DNA from: an uncultured Dehalococcoidia bacterium
GTDB lineage: Bacteria > Chloroflexota > Dehalococcoidia > DSTF01 > RBG-16-68-14
NCBI GenBank assembly: GCA_964406605.1
Contig: CAYOSF010000010.1
Location: 117,840-181,839 of the forward strand
Length of the DNA: 64,000 nucleotides
Direction: 5' to 3'
In this document: in pieces, positions 1 through 9,570 of the stretch
Numbering within the stretch: the first letter of the stretch is position 1
How the letters are laid out: the number at the start of each line of letters is the position of its first letter
Program-made: the position numbers and the translations under genes
Notes under the pieces: generated by a model
Told to the model about the DNA's origin: nothing
What the model saw: only the letters and a program-made list of their open reading frames with translations
Database searches by the model: none

Positions 1-1
1 C

Positions 2-562
2 GAGGACCTCCTCTACGTCCTGGCGATCGGGGCCATCACGAACGTGGCCTCGGCGATCCTGAGGGCCCCGGACATCACGAGTAAGGTCGTCGTCGTCTGG
101 CTGGGGAGTCATGCCCCCTGGTGGCCTCACACCCGCGAGTTCAACCACGCGCAGGACATCCCCGGGGTCCGCGTCTTGTTCGGCTCCGGCGTCCCCCTCG
201 TTCACGTGCCGTGCCTGGGCGTAGCGTCCCACCTCCTGACCACGGTGGCCGAGATGGAGCGATACGCGAAGGGACAGGGGGCGATCGGCGACTATCTCTG
301 CGACCTTGTGATGAGCTCCGCGCGCGAGCCGACCCGGGGCCGGTCCAAGGTGATCTGGGACATCGCCGCGGTGGCCTGGCTGATCGACCCGGCGTGGGTC
401 CCGACGCAGCTTGTCCATGCGCCGATTGCGCAAGACGACGCGACCTGGACCTACAGCAAGGACCGGCACTTCATCCGGCAGGCCTACTGGGTCAGCCGGG
501 ACGGCATCTTTCGGGACTTCTTTAGCAAGTTGGCGGCACATGCAGCGTCGACCGGCCCCTAA
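2..562 (+). CDS. Nucleoside hydrolase (inosine/uridine-preferring IUNH family), C-terminal part; the 5' end lies outside the window
   Basis: The frame is open from the window edge. The translation ..DLLYVLAIGAITNVASAIL.. and ..EFNHAQDIPGVRVLF.. resembles IUNH-family core motifs. GC3 is high. Confidence 0.65.
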   Translation, partial: EDLLYVLAIGAITNVASAILRAPDITSKVVVVWLGSHAPWWPHTREFNHAQDIPGVRVLFGSGVPLVHVPCLGVASHLLTTVAEMERYAKGQGAIGDYLCDLVMSSAREPTRGRSKVIWDIAAVAWLIDPAWVPTQLVHAPIAQDDATWTYSKDRHFIRQAYWVSRDGIFRDFFSKLAAHAASTGP

Positions 563-649
563 GGCTCCGCGAAACGTGGTGGCGGGAATGGACTCACCCG
601 CTGCGAGAAGGCCTGAAACGTGGTACAGGGAAGGAGGCGCAGGGCGGTG

Positions 650-1237
650 CTAGTATGCCTCGACGACGAATCCGTCGCACGCGATGAAGCCGCCGTCGAT
701 CTCCCAAATGACGGTATAGGTGCCGGCGGCGAGCGGAACGGCCCCGGCGAAGTCGCTGGGATAGACGACATTCCCCCATTCGTCTCCGATCACCGAGGTT
801 GCCGCCACGAATGAAGTACCGTCAGGCCAGATCACCCGCGCCCCCGCCCAATAGGTCTCGTCCGATGCGCCGAACTTGTTTCGAAGTCCGAGCTCAACGA
901 CCTCGCCCGGCCGGACAGGACCGGGCACTCCCCGCGGCGCCGAAACCTGCCAGGTTCGGTCGATGGTCGGGTTCGGAGTGTCAACACAGTACGTAACAGC
1001 CGGGTCGAACTGCGGCCCACCCGCCTCCGGTTGAGCATCGCTCAACGGTGTTTCGGTTGGCTGCAACGTAGCCGTGGGCGCGGGTGGCGCCGACGTGACG
1101 GTGCGTTGAGCCTCGGCGGTGCCTGTCGCGGGCGGGGTGTGCGTGGGAGTCGCCGCAGCGTCCTCACCTGCTCCTCCGCAGGCCGAAGCGAGCAGCAGCA
1201 GAGCCGCTCCGAGCACCTGTACCAGTATGCCCCGCAT
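650..1237 (-). CDS. Secreted lipoprotein, function unknown
   Basis: It has a signal peptide with a lipobox (LLLLASAC), then a Thr/Pro/Ala-rich linker and a ~110-aa C-terminal domain. I recognise no family. Confidence 0.6.
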   Translation of the reverse strand: MRGILVQVLGAALLLLASACGGAGEDAAATPTHTPPATGTAEAQRTVTSAPPAPTATLQPTETPLSDAQPEAGGPQFDPAVTYCVDTPNPTIDRTWQVSAPRGVPGPVRPGEVVELGLRNKFGASDETYWAGARVIWPDGTSFVAATSVIGDEWGNVVYPSDFAGAVPLAAGTYTVIWEIDGGFIACDGFVVEAY

Positions 1238-1384
1238 GTCGCGTCATTCTATCCACACACCAGGAAGCACCGCCAGGAATAGTGGCGAGGGGCCGCCCGG
1301 GCTCGCGGCGGGAACGCGACGTCGTGCGTGTTCGCGCTGCCCGGGGATGTGGCGCGGCGCGGGTGTTTGCTGTAGGGTATCGCC

Positions 1385-2989
1385 ATGCCGAACGAGCCGG
1401 TCGGTGTGCTGGTGATCGGAGCGGGTGCTTCGGGGGCGGCCTTCGCCTGGAGGATCGCCGAGACCGGCATGAGCGTCCTCTGCCTCGATCAGGGCCCCTG
1501 GATGAAGCAACGAGACTACCCGAGCAACGGGCTGGACTACGAAGCGCGCATGATGGCGGAGTTCTCAACCAGCCCGAACGTGCGCGGGCTGCCCGCCGAC
1601 TACCCGGTCAACGAGCAGGAATCCGACATCTCGCCCCTGATGTACAACGCCGTCGGCGGGAGCACCATCCTGTGGGCGGCGCATTTCCCCCGGCTTGCGC
1701 CCGGTGATTTCCGGGTGAAGAGCGAGGATGGAGTCGCTGATGACTGGCCGATCGACTACCGGACCCTCGAACCCTACTTCGCCCTGAACGACCGGATGAT
1801 GGGCGTCTCGGGGCTGGCCGGCGACCCGGCGTATCCGTATCACGAGCCGCCGTTGCCACCGCTGCCACTCGGGAGGGTCGGGAACACGCTGGCCCGGGGC
1901 TTCGAGAAGCTCGGCTGGCATTGGTGGCCCTCCGACAGCGCCATCCTGTCGCAGGAGTACGAGGGGCGCGAGGCGTGCGTCAACCTCGGTCCCTGCTTGA
2001 GCGGTTGCCCGCAAGGCGCCAAGGCCAGCACCGACATCACCTACTGGCCGGCCGCTCAACGGAGGGGCGTGCAGGTGCGCAGCGGCTGCCGCGTGCGTGA
2101 GATCACCGTGGGCGAGGATGGGATGGCGGACGGGGTCCTCTACCACGACGAGGAGGGCCGGCTGCAGGAGCAGAGGGCGGAGATCGTCGTGCTGGCGTGC
2201 AACGGCATCGGCACGCCGCGGTTGCTGCTCAACTCTAAGAGCAGCCGGCACCCCGATGGGCTGGCCAACAGCAGCGGCCTTGTGGGCAAGAACCTGATGT
2301 TCCATCCGTATGCGATGATCACGGGCATCTTCGAGGAGCCGCTCCAGGGCCGCTGCGGACCTCTCGGCTGCACGTTCTGGAGCCACCAGTTCTACGGGAC
2401 CGACCGCTCGCGGGGGTTCGTGCGCGGGTACTCGTTCGAGGGGGTGCGGGGCCTGGGCCCGGCGCAGACCGCGCTGTGGGGAATGGCCTACGGTCGCCTT
2501 CCCTGGGGCCGGGACCACCACGAGGCGTTCGCCCGGCTCTACGACCACACGGCGACGCTGCTCGGCATCACCGAGGATCTGCCGGAGGAAACCAACACCG
2601 TCACCCTGGACCCGGACCTGACCGACGCCCACGGCATCCCGGCGCCGAAGGTCACCTACCGGCTCAGCGAGAACAGCCGGAAGATGCTGGCGCACGCGGT
2701 CGAGCGGGCGAAGGAGGCGCTGACGGCCGCGGGCGCGGTAGAGACATTCGCGGAGCCGTTGATGCGCGCGGCGGGCTGGCACTTGATGGGGACGGCCCGC
2801 ATGGGGCGGGACCCGAAGACCTCGGTGGTCAACGAGTGGGGGCGGGCGCACGACGTGAAGAACCTCTTCATCGTCGATGGCAGCGTCTTCGTGACCGCCG
2901 GCGCTTCGAACCCCACCTCGACGATCCAGGCGTTCGCGCTCTACGTGGCGGACCGCATCAAGAAGAACATGGAAACGCTCTTCGACTAG
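1385..2989 (+). CDS. GMC-family FAD-dependent oxidoreductase (flavoprotein subunit)
   Basis: The N-terminus has a GxGxxG motif (VLVIGAGASGAAFA). The C-terminus (..NLFIVDGSVFVTAGASNPTSTIQA..) is typical of the GMC oxidoreductase C-terminal domain. Confidence 0.9.
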   Translation: MPNEPVGVLVIGAGASGAAFAWRIAETGMSVLCLDQGPWMKQRDYPSNGLDYEARMMAEFSTSPNVRGLPADYPVNEQESDISPLMYNAVGGSTILWAAHFPRLAPGDFRVKSEDGVADDWPIDYRTLEPYFALNDRMMGVSGLAGDPAYPYHEPPLPPLPLGRVGNTLARGFEKLGWHWWPSDSAILSQEYEGREACVNLGPCLSGCPQGAKASTDITYWPAAQRRGVQVRSGCRVREITVGEDGMADGVLYHDEEGRLQEQRAEIVVLACNGIGTPRLLLNSKSSRHPDGLANSSGLVGKNLMFHPYAMITGIFEEPLQGRCGPLGCTFWSHQFYGTDRSRGFVRGYSFEGVRGLGPAQTALWGMAYGRLPWGRDHHEAFARLYDHTATLLGITEDLPEETNTVTLDPDLTDAHGIPAPKVTYRLSENSRKMLAHAVERAKEALTAAGAVETFAEPLMRAAGWHLMGTARMGRDPKTSVVNEWGRAHDVKNLFIVDGSVFVTAGASNPTSTIQAFALYVADRIKKNMETLFD

Positions 2990-2991
2990 TC

Positions 2992-3444
2992 ATGGCCGAA
3001 ACACGCGCGGCCCTAAACGATCCCGACTTCATGGAGGCGCTCCTCGACCTCGTGATCCCGCCGAGCGCGTCCGGCGACCTTCCGGGGGCGGGCGCCCTGG
3101 GCCTCTCGGAAGACGTCGTCGCGGCGCTCCAGGCCGATCCGACGCTTGGGCCGCTGGTCGAGGCGGGGGTGGAGGCGCTACGGGAGGCGGCTCTTTCCGA
3201 GCACGCGGAGGGCCTTCCGGCAATGACGCCGGAGGCCGGCGAGAAGGTGATCGAAGCCCAGCTCGCCGCCCATCCCCTGTTCATCATCGGCATCCTGCGG
3301 TATCTGTACCCGGCCTACTACGGGCACCCGCGCGTCCTGGAAGGCATCGGCGAACCGCCACGTCCCCCGTTCCCGGAGGGGTTCGACGTCGAAGCGACCG
3401 ATGAGGAGCTGCTGGAGAAGCTGCGGGCACGCCGGAGGGCGTAG
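2992..3444 (+). CDS. Small subunit of a GMC-type dehydrogenase (gluconate 2-dehydrogenase subunit-3-like)
   Basis: The ATG at 2992 lies 2 nt after the upstream stop codon (stop 2987-2989). It encodes 150 aa. The ..YLYPAYYGHPRVLEGIG.. segment resembles the subunit-3 family. The listed ORF 2476..3444 is its 5'-overextended frame. Confidence 0.6.
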   Translation: MAETRAALNDPDFMEALLDLVIPPSASGDLPGAGALGLSEDVVAALQADPTLGPLVEAGVEALREAALSEHAEGLPAMTPEAGEKVIEAQLAAHPLFIIGILRYLYPAYYGHPRVLEGIGEPPRPPFPEGFDVEATDEELLEKLRARRRA

Positions 3445-3594
3445 GAAAGCGGCGCAACGCGGCGCGCCGTCGCCGGACAGCCCGCTGATCGCGAGCGCCG
3501 TGCCGGCCGTGTCGAGGAGGTAGTCTCTGCCGGCACCCGCCTTCAGACTGGACGGTGGCCTCGTCCACGGAGAGGCCGGACTGGGAGGAAGCCC

Positions 3595-4047
3595 ATGGCA
3601 ATTCGTGTGCTGAAGAGATCGGTCAAGTGGGGGGCAATTGGCGCGGTCTTGGTCTTCCTCGTGATCCAGGCGGTACCGTACGGCCGTGATCACGGGAACC
3701 CGCAGGCGCGAACGGAGCCTGGCTGGGACAGCCAGGGGACCCGCGCTCTCGCGGTCGCCGCCTGCTTCGACTGTCACAGCAACGAGAGCCACTGGCCGTG
3801 GTACAGCAACATAGCTCCCGTATCATGGCTTGTCCAGCACGATGTCGACGAGGGCCGCGACAAGCTCAACTTCTCGGAGTGGGATCGGTCTCACGCTGAA
3901 GCCCACGAAGCGGCCGAGGTTGTGGACGAGGGCGAGATGCCCCCTTGGCAGTACAAGCTGCTGCATTCAAGCGCGCGGCTTTCGTCTGCCGAGCGGCAGG
4001 CGCTCGTTCGTGGTCTTGAAGCCACGCTCGCTGGCGCCGGAGGCTAG
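3595..4047 (+). CDS. Haem-binding-domain protein (membrane anchored)
   Basis: It has an N-terminal TM helix. The motifs CFDCHS, WPWYSNIAPVSWLVQHDVDEGR, LNFSEW and MPPWQYKLLH match the bacterial haem-binding-domain family pattern. Confidence 0.6.
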   Translation: MAIRVLKRSVKWGAIGAVLVFLVIQAVPYGRDHGNPQARTEPGWDSQGTRALAVAACFDCHSNESHWPWYSNIAPVSWLVQHDVDEGRDKLNFSEWDRSHAEAHEAAEVVDEGEMPPWQYKLLHSSARLSSAERQALVRGLEATLAGAGG

Positions 4048-4286
4048 GGCAAGGAAGAGCCTGCCATAGGCTGAACAAACGCGTCCGGCCGGGGCCGGCA
4101 TCCCTGTTGCGCTCGCACACCTCGTCGGCGCGCGAAGGGACGCGCCATCCGGGCGAATTGGCTACCATGGCGGATGGTGAGATCCATGGGGAAGGTCAAG
4201 GTCTCTGGGGGAAGGCGCGACCTCGCCGGCACGGGTCGGATGAGGCGAAATCGGCGCGGCGCCGTGGATGGTCACGGGGTGAGGTA

Positions 4287-4964
4287 ATGGGCTCAGCGGT
4301 GGGTGAGATCCTGCCTCTCGGCATCGGGGTGGCGATCAGCCCGTTTCCGATCGTCGCGGTGATTCTGATGCTCCTCACCCGGCGGGCGAAGAGCAACGCG
4401 CCGGCGTTCCTCGCCGGGTGGGTCGCGGGCCTGGCTGTGGTGGGAGTCATCGTGCTGCTCATCTTCGGCGGCGCGGACATAGCGACCTATGACGAGCGAG
4501 CGACCGGCCCCTCGGCGTTGAGGACGGCGGTGGGCGTGCTGCTCTTCCTCCTTGTCTGGCGCCAGTGGCGCAGGCGGCCCGAGAGAGGCGAGGAGCCCGA
4601 GATGCCGCGCTGGGTGCGGCGCATGGAGTCGGTGAACCCGGCGATGGCGCTCGGATTGGGCGCCATCCTGTCGGGCATGAACCCAAAGGATACGACGCTC
4701 GCTGTTCTGGCCGCGGTCTCCATCGCGCAGGCGGAGCTGAGCGCCGGCGAGTCGGCGGTGACGCTTGCCGTCTTCATCGGCATCGCTACGTTGAGCGTCG
4801 TGGCCCCCATCACCGTCTACTATGCGCTGGGTGAACGCGCCGATGAGACGCTCCACGGTTGGAAGGCCTGGCTGACAGCACACAATGCGACGGTGATGGC
4901 GGCGCTGTTCGCCGTCTTCGGTGTCCTGTTGGTGGGACAGGGCATCCGAGGGCTCGTCGCCTGA
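4287..4964 (+). CDS. GAP/Sap-family integral membrane protein
   Basis: The ATG at 4287 is preceded by GGTGAGG. The segment ..ILPLGIGVAISPFPIVAVILML.. and multiple TM helices fit the family. The upstream 60 codons of the listed ORF are Arg/Gly-rich and are probably not translated. Confidence 0.6.
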   Translation: MGSAVGEILPLGIGVAISPFPIVAVILMLLTRRAKSNAPAFLAGWVAGLAVVGVIVLLIFGGADIATYDERATGPSALRTAVGVLLFLLVWRQWRRRPERGEEPEMPRWVRRMESVNPAMALGLGAILSGMNPKDTTLAVLAAVSIAQAELSAGESAVTLAVFIGIATLSVVAPITVYYALGERADETLHGWKAWLTAHNATVMAALFAVFGVLLVGQGIRGLVA

Positions 4965-5127
4965 GCCGGCGAGAGGGGCCGGTGGCGGGATGGAAGCCCG
5001 GGAGCGCCGCCCGCTCGGTACGCCCGCGACTACAAACTGGACGCGGAGCACCGCGGCCGAACCTCCCTGAGCGCGCGCCGCTTGCGTTCGTAACAGGTGT
5101 GTCGTATACTATTTATAGAACAGATTG

Positions 5128-5655
5128 ATGGCAATGAACGATTATGGCGATGACATGAGCAGCCGGGATCACCCTGGTCAAGCACTAGATGACAAGACGA
5201 GCCCGTTCGAGGGCGAGACTCCGTTCAGCCGGCCGGATGCAGGGGCGGGAACAGGCACGCTGAGAAAGGACTCCCGTCCTGACCGGCCCCTCATCGAGTC
5301 CCCGAACAGAGGCGGTAGCAACGGGGCCGCACACGGAATCGGCTCTGTGAGCGTGCCGAAAGCGGCATCCGTGGTGCGTGACAGCCTGGCCCATTATCGG
5401 ACCGTCCTGGCAAACGAAAGGACTCTCCTGGCGTCCGTCCGGACAGCGCTGGCGCTGTTCGTAGCCGGAGTATCTTTCGTCCGGTTCTTCGACGTTCTCG
5501 CGGTCGAGGTGGTCGGGTGGATATTCGTGCCGGCGGCGGTGGTCCTGCTCCTGTTTGCCTTTGCCAGATACCGAAAGATGGCGCAGGGCCTGGCTCTTGA
5601 GGCCGGGATGGACGGCGATACCGGGCCCGGTCAACGAGGCACTTCTTCCCGCTAG
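5128..5655 (+). CDS. DUF202 (YidH-like) membrane protein with a long disordered N-terminus
   Basis: ..LANERTLLASVRTALALFVAGVSFV.. plus a second TM helix is the DUF202 pattern. Confidence 0.6.
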   Translation: MAMNDYGDDMSSRDHPGQALDDKTSPFEGETPFSRPDAGAGTGTLRKDSRPDRPLIESPNRGGSNGAAHGIGSVSVPKAASVVRDSLAHYRTVLANERTLLASVRTALALFVAGVSFVRFFDVLAVEVVGWIFVPAAVVLLLFAFARYRKMAQGLALEAGMDGDTGPGQRGTSSR

Positions 5656-6123
5656 ATCCGGCAGGTACGGAGGCGATATCGCGTCGGCCCCGCCGGCGCT
5701 ACCATCCTGGGGTCGTCAGCCGTGCAAGCATGGCTGACGGGCGGAGCCAGAGGAAGCGTCGGGCGGCGATGCGGGCCGCGGCGCTCAGTACGAACGCGAG
5801 GCGGCGCACGGTGGCCCCCACAACGGTCGGCTCAGCAGCTTAGCGAAGGGGAGCCACAGCCGGAGCCTCGGGGTCTTGGGTCACTTCGTGGGCTCGGCTT
5901 TCGTCTCAAGAGCCGGGACTACAATCGCTTCCATCATTCTCGCAGGTAGGACGGGTCCGGCCGGCGCCATCCGGGCGGTGCTGATTGTGCGGGCATGGCC
6001 CGCGCACCCGCCCTCTTCAGGCCCGCTTGCGCGCACGGGCTGTCCTCCCCCATGATACGTACTCAGAGAAACTGACCCCGATCGCTCACCGCGCGTGAGC
6101 CCGACTTGGAGGGAGTGAAGAAG

Positions 6124-7620
6124 ATGCCGAGACTGTTCACCACGACGGTGATCCCTGCCATCCTGCTTCTTGGGATGCTCTTCGGCTCGTCGAGCGCGAC
6201 GACCGGCAGCGCCCAGGAGACCGAGTTCGTTCCCATCATCTTCGTGCACGGCGGCGCCGGCTCGGGTGCGCAGTACCAGTCGCAGGCGATGCGCTTCGCC
6301 AGCAACGGCTATCCGGCCGACCGTATCCGGGTCTTCGACTACGACTCGTCGAACCCGGCGCCGGAGATCGTCCAGCCGGCCCTGGACGCGCTCATCGATG
6401 GTGTCCTCGCCGAGTTCAATGTCGACCAGGTCTACATGCTGGGACACTCGCTCGGCACGGGCGTCATGCAGTCGTACCTGAACAGCTCGCCCGAACGCGC
6501 CGCGCGGGTTGCCAAGTACGTCAACATCGACGGCTCCCCGGCCGACTCCCTGCCGGGCGGGGTGCCCACCCTGGCGATCTGGGGTATGGGCCACTCGGAA
6601 GTCGAGGTCGTGGGAGCGGAGAACGTGTACCTCCCCGACCAGACGCACACGCAAACGGTGACCTCGCCGGAGTCGTTCGCGGCGCAATACGAGTTCTTCA
6701 CGGGCGAGCCGCCGGCGACGACGGACATCGTGCCCGAGGCGGACGTCCAGCTCGCCGGGCGGGCGGTGCTGTTTCCGCAGAACGTGGGAATCGAAGGCGC
6801 CACGCTGGAGATCTGGGACGTCGATGCGCTGACAGGGGCCAGGACGGGCAGCGAGCCGGAGGCGACGTACGTCCTGGGAGCCGATGGCGCGTGGGGGCCC
6901 TTCGCGGCCGACGGGACGGCGCACTACGAGATGGTCTTGATCCGCGAGGACGGTACGCTCGACCATCACATCTACTTTCAGCCGTTCATCAGGAGCAACT
7001 ACCTGATCCGGTTGCTCTCGGTGGCACCCGATTCCCCGATCGTGCTCAACGCCGATGGCAGCGAACGCCACAGCGACGCCACGATCATCAGGTACAAGGA
7101 GTGGTGGGGCGACGATCCGGGCGGCCGCAACGACACGCTGGAGATCAACGGGACGAACGTGATCAACGCGGCGACGAGCCCGATCTCGAACCGGACCATC
7201 GGGATCCATGCCTTCGACAAGGGCTCCGATGGGGTGACCGACCTGAGCGAGCCGGACGCGTTCTTCATCGCGCTGCCGTTCCAGACCGGCGTGGACATCT
7301 ACATTCCCGCGGCGCCGCCCGATGGGACGATCTGCTTCGCGAACGCGCCGAGAGGCGATGAGAGCCACATGCAGGTGGTGAACGTCCCGAACTGGCCCTC
7401 ATCCGAGCACCGCATCTCGGTCGAGTTCACTGACTACGTCCGGGAGGGCGAACCGGAATGCGGAGCGGCCGCCGCGCCGGAACCGACCCCGCAGCTCCAG
7501 CTTCCCGATACGGGCAACGGGCCGACACCGGGCGCAGGTGTGCTGCCATACGCCGTCGGCATCGCTCTTGCGATGGTCGTTCTTGGGCTCTCGGCCGTGT
7601 ACGTCCGGTCGAGGTTGTGA
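6124..7620 (+). CDS. Secreted alpha/beta-hydrolase (lipase-like) with a C-terminal LPXTG cell-wall sorting signal
   Basis: GGAGGGAG lies 8 nt upstream of the ATG at 6124. A signal peptide is present. HGG and GHSLG (GxSxG) motifs are present. LPDTG at 7501-7515 is followed by a hydrophobic helix and an RSRL tail. Confidence 0.75.
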   Translation: MPRLFTTTVIPAILLLGMLFGSSSATTGSAQETEFVPIIFVHGGAGSGAQYQSQAMRFASNGYPADRIRVFDYDSSNPAPEIVQPALDALIDGVLAEFNVDQVYMLGHSLGTGVMQSYLNSSPERAARVAKYVNIDGSPADSLPGGVPTLAIWGMGHSEVEVVGAENVYLPDQTHTQTVTSPESFAAQYEFFTGEPPATTDIVPEADVQLAGRAVLFPQNVGIEGATLEIWDVDALTGARTGSEPEATYVLGADGAWGPFAADGTAHYEMVLIREDGTLDHHIYFQPFIRSNYLIRLLSVAPDSPIVLNADGSERHSDATIIRYKEWWGDDPGGRNDTLEINGTNVINAATSPISNRTIGIHAFDKGSDGVTDLSEPDAFFIALPFQTGVDIYIPAAPPDGTICFANAPRGDESHMQVVNVPNWPSSEHRISVEFTDYVREGEPECGAAAAPEPTPQLQLPDTGNGPTPGAGVLPYAVGIALAMVVLGLSAVYVRSRL

Positions 7621-7754
7621 GAGCCGAACCGCCGGGGTCAGGTAGCTGCGAACGGCAGCTCCTCCGACAGGCCCGTCAGCGAGCATCGGCGCGGCGGAAG
7701 TCCGCGCCCGTCGCTTCCGATTCGTTCGTGTCGCCGGGTAGTCGGTGATCGGTT

Positions 7755-9416
7755 GTGTCCTTTCCGCTCTTCGTCGTCATCAGTTCGGCCGTGGCCGCAA
7801 CGACGGTAGGCGCGACGCTGCTCGTTTCACGCTGGCGCCGCGCGGCGATCCTCGCCGCGTTCGCCGGTTCCGCCGGGCTCCTCCTGTTCCATGGTCCGGT
7901 CTTCTTCCACCACTTTCCCGTCGACGATGCCTACATCACACTGCGGTACTCCAAGCACCTGGCTGACGGGCTTGGGCCCAACTGGAACAGCGAAGGGAGG
8001 GTGGAGGGCTACACGAGCTTCCTCTGGATGGTACTGCCCGCTGCTCTGAACAAGCTGGGGCTTGATCTGGTAACGGGCCTGCGATTCCTGGCCTGGGGCT
8101 CCCTTCTTGCCACGCTCTTCATCGTCTACCGGATCTGGAAGCTGTGGGCGGACGAGGACGACGGACATTCCGCCATCGATAGTCCGGTCCTGCTCGCGGC
8201 CGTGCTCCTCGCCGTCGCGATCACCGACGGCATCGCGTACTGGGGCTTCTCCGGCATGGAGACCCCGCTCTTCATGTTCCTCCTTACGACCGGGGCTTAT
8301 CTCTACCTCCTTGAGCGGCGAGGCGCCGCGCAGCCATGGTCAGCGGTCGTGTTTGCGGCGGCGGCGATGACCCGGCCCGAGGGTATGATCGCCGCGGCCG
8401 TCACGGCCGCGTTCACACTGGTGGATGCGGCCGGCATGGCGAACCGTCGCCGCGCACTTCTACGTGTTGTCTCCTGGGGCAGCCTGTTCGTCTTGATCTA
8501 CGGCTCGTATTTCCTTTGGCGGTACGACTACTACGGCGAACTGCTGCCGAATACGTTCTACGCGAAGGCGGACCCGACGAGGGCGGTCGTGGCCCGCGGG
8601 TTTGACTACGTCCGCACTGCGGCTCTGACGTACCATCTCCTTCCCCTCCTCGCTGGCGTGGCAGTGCTCTTCACCAGACGCCGCCTGCGTCAAGACGCTG
8701 CCTATCTTGTGGTCCTGATCGTGGCGATGCTAACCGGCGTCGCCGTGGAAGGAGGGGATTCCTTCGGCCATGGGCGCTTCATCGCGCCGCTGCTGCCGCT
8801 GCTCTACGTCGGCGGCTTGGCCGGATTGGCGATGCTGCTTCAGCGGCTGCCGCTGCAGCCGAAGCAGAGCGCGCTCGTAGCGACGGTCGTGCTGGGCATC
8901 GCCGGCCTGATGCTCCTGCGGGAATCCCACAATCCCTTCCTTGCGGACGTTCGTGAGGATCACGCTGACCGGCGCGTCCTCGGGCTTTGGCTGGGCAAGT
9001 ACACGCCGCCCGACTACACCATTGCCGCCTTCGCCGTCGGTTCCATCGCGTACCACAGCGACCGCAACATGCTGGACTTGCTGGGTATCAACGATGCGGT
9101 TATTGCCCATTCAGATGTGCCGGATTTCGGAACCGGTATCGCCGGGCACGAGAAATACAACGTGGACTACGTTCTGGACGACGTGCGCCCGGAGATCATC
9201 GTTACGGGAGACGCGGACCTGGGGCCGCTCACCACGGAGGAGCTCCGCCGCAGGTCCGCGGGGCCCGGCGGACTCCCGGCGAAGACCGCGCTCATGACCG
9301 ATCCACGTCTTTGGGAGCGGTACGAGGCCCGTTCGCTCTACGAGGATGGTCGCTGGTTCAACTTTCTTCAGCGCAAGGACACCGTCGCCGAGCTGCAGGC
9401 GCCGGGGCTGAGGTGA
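7755..9416 (+). CDS. Polytopic membrane protein, GT-C-fold glycosyltransferase-like (ArnT/arabinofuranosyltransferase-like)
   Basis: It has more than 10 predicted TM helices. The N-terminal motif DDAYITLRYSKHLADGLGPNWNSEGRVEGYTSFLW is the kind seen in membrane glycosyl/arabinosyl-transferase-like proteins. The start codon is GTG. Confidence 0.5.
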   Translation: MSFPLFVVISSAVAATTVGATLLVSRWRRAAILAAFAGSAGLLLFHGPVFFHHFPVDDAYITLRYSKHLADGLGPNWNSEGRVEGYTSFLWMVLPAALNKLGLDLVTGLRFLAWGSLLATLFIVYRIWKLWADEDDGHSAIDSPVLLAAVLLAVAITDGIAYWGFSGMETPLFMFLLTTGAYLYLLERRGAAQPWSAVVFAAAAMTRPEGMIAAAVTAAFTLVDAAGMANRRRALLRVVSWGSLFVLIYGSYFLWRYDYYGELLPNTFYAKADPTRAVVARGFDYVRTAALTYHLLPLLAGVAVLFTRRRLRQDAAYLVVLIVAMLTGVAVEGGDSFGHGRFIAPLLPLLYVGGLAGLAMLLQRLPLQPKQSALVATVVLGIAGLMLLRESHNPFLADVREDHADRRVLGLWLGKYTPPDYTIAAFAVGSIAYHSDRNMLDLLGINDAVIAHSDVPDFGTGIAGHEKYNVDYVLDDVRPEIIVTGDADLGPLTTEELRRRSAGPGGLPAKTALMTDPRLWERYEARSLYEDGRWFNFLQRKDTVAELQAPGLR

Positions 9417-9570
9417 GCGTGCACAGGCGAGACCCCCGTCCTTGACTAAGGAGTGGCAGCGCTTCCAGTCTGCCCGCCCGGGCGGGCCCGGGTCAGCAGG
9501 GGTATACTGCCGGCGGGCTGGCCTTGCTCGATAGGCCCGTCGCCGGGGCCGAAGGGAGCCATCGCCGGGC

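Noticed and set aside
5881-7368. A 495-aa ORF antisense to the LPXTG lipase gene. Similar long antisense or off-frame ORFs include 1565..2851(-), 9493..10989(-), 20046..21212(-), 22381..23511(-), 27836..29857(+), 30110..31381(+), 31800..33047(+), 48417..49559(-) and 58265..59416(+).
   Set aside because: Each lies opposite or out of frame to a gene with clear family motifs. They have the Arg/Pro/Gly/Ala-rich composition typical of non-coding frames in G+C-rich DNA. I recognise no domains in them.
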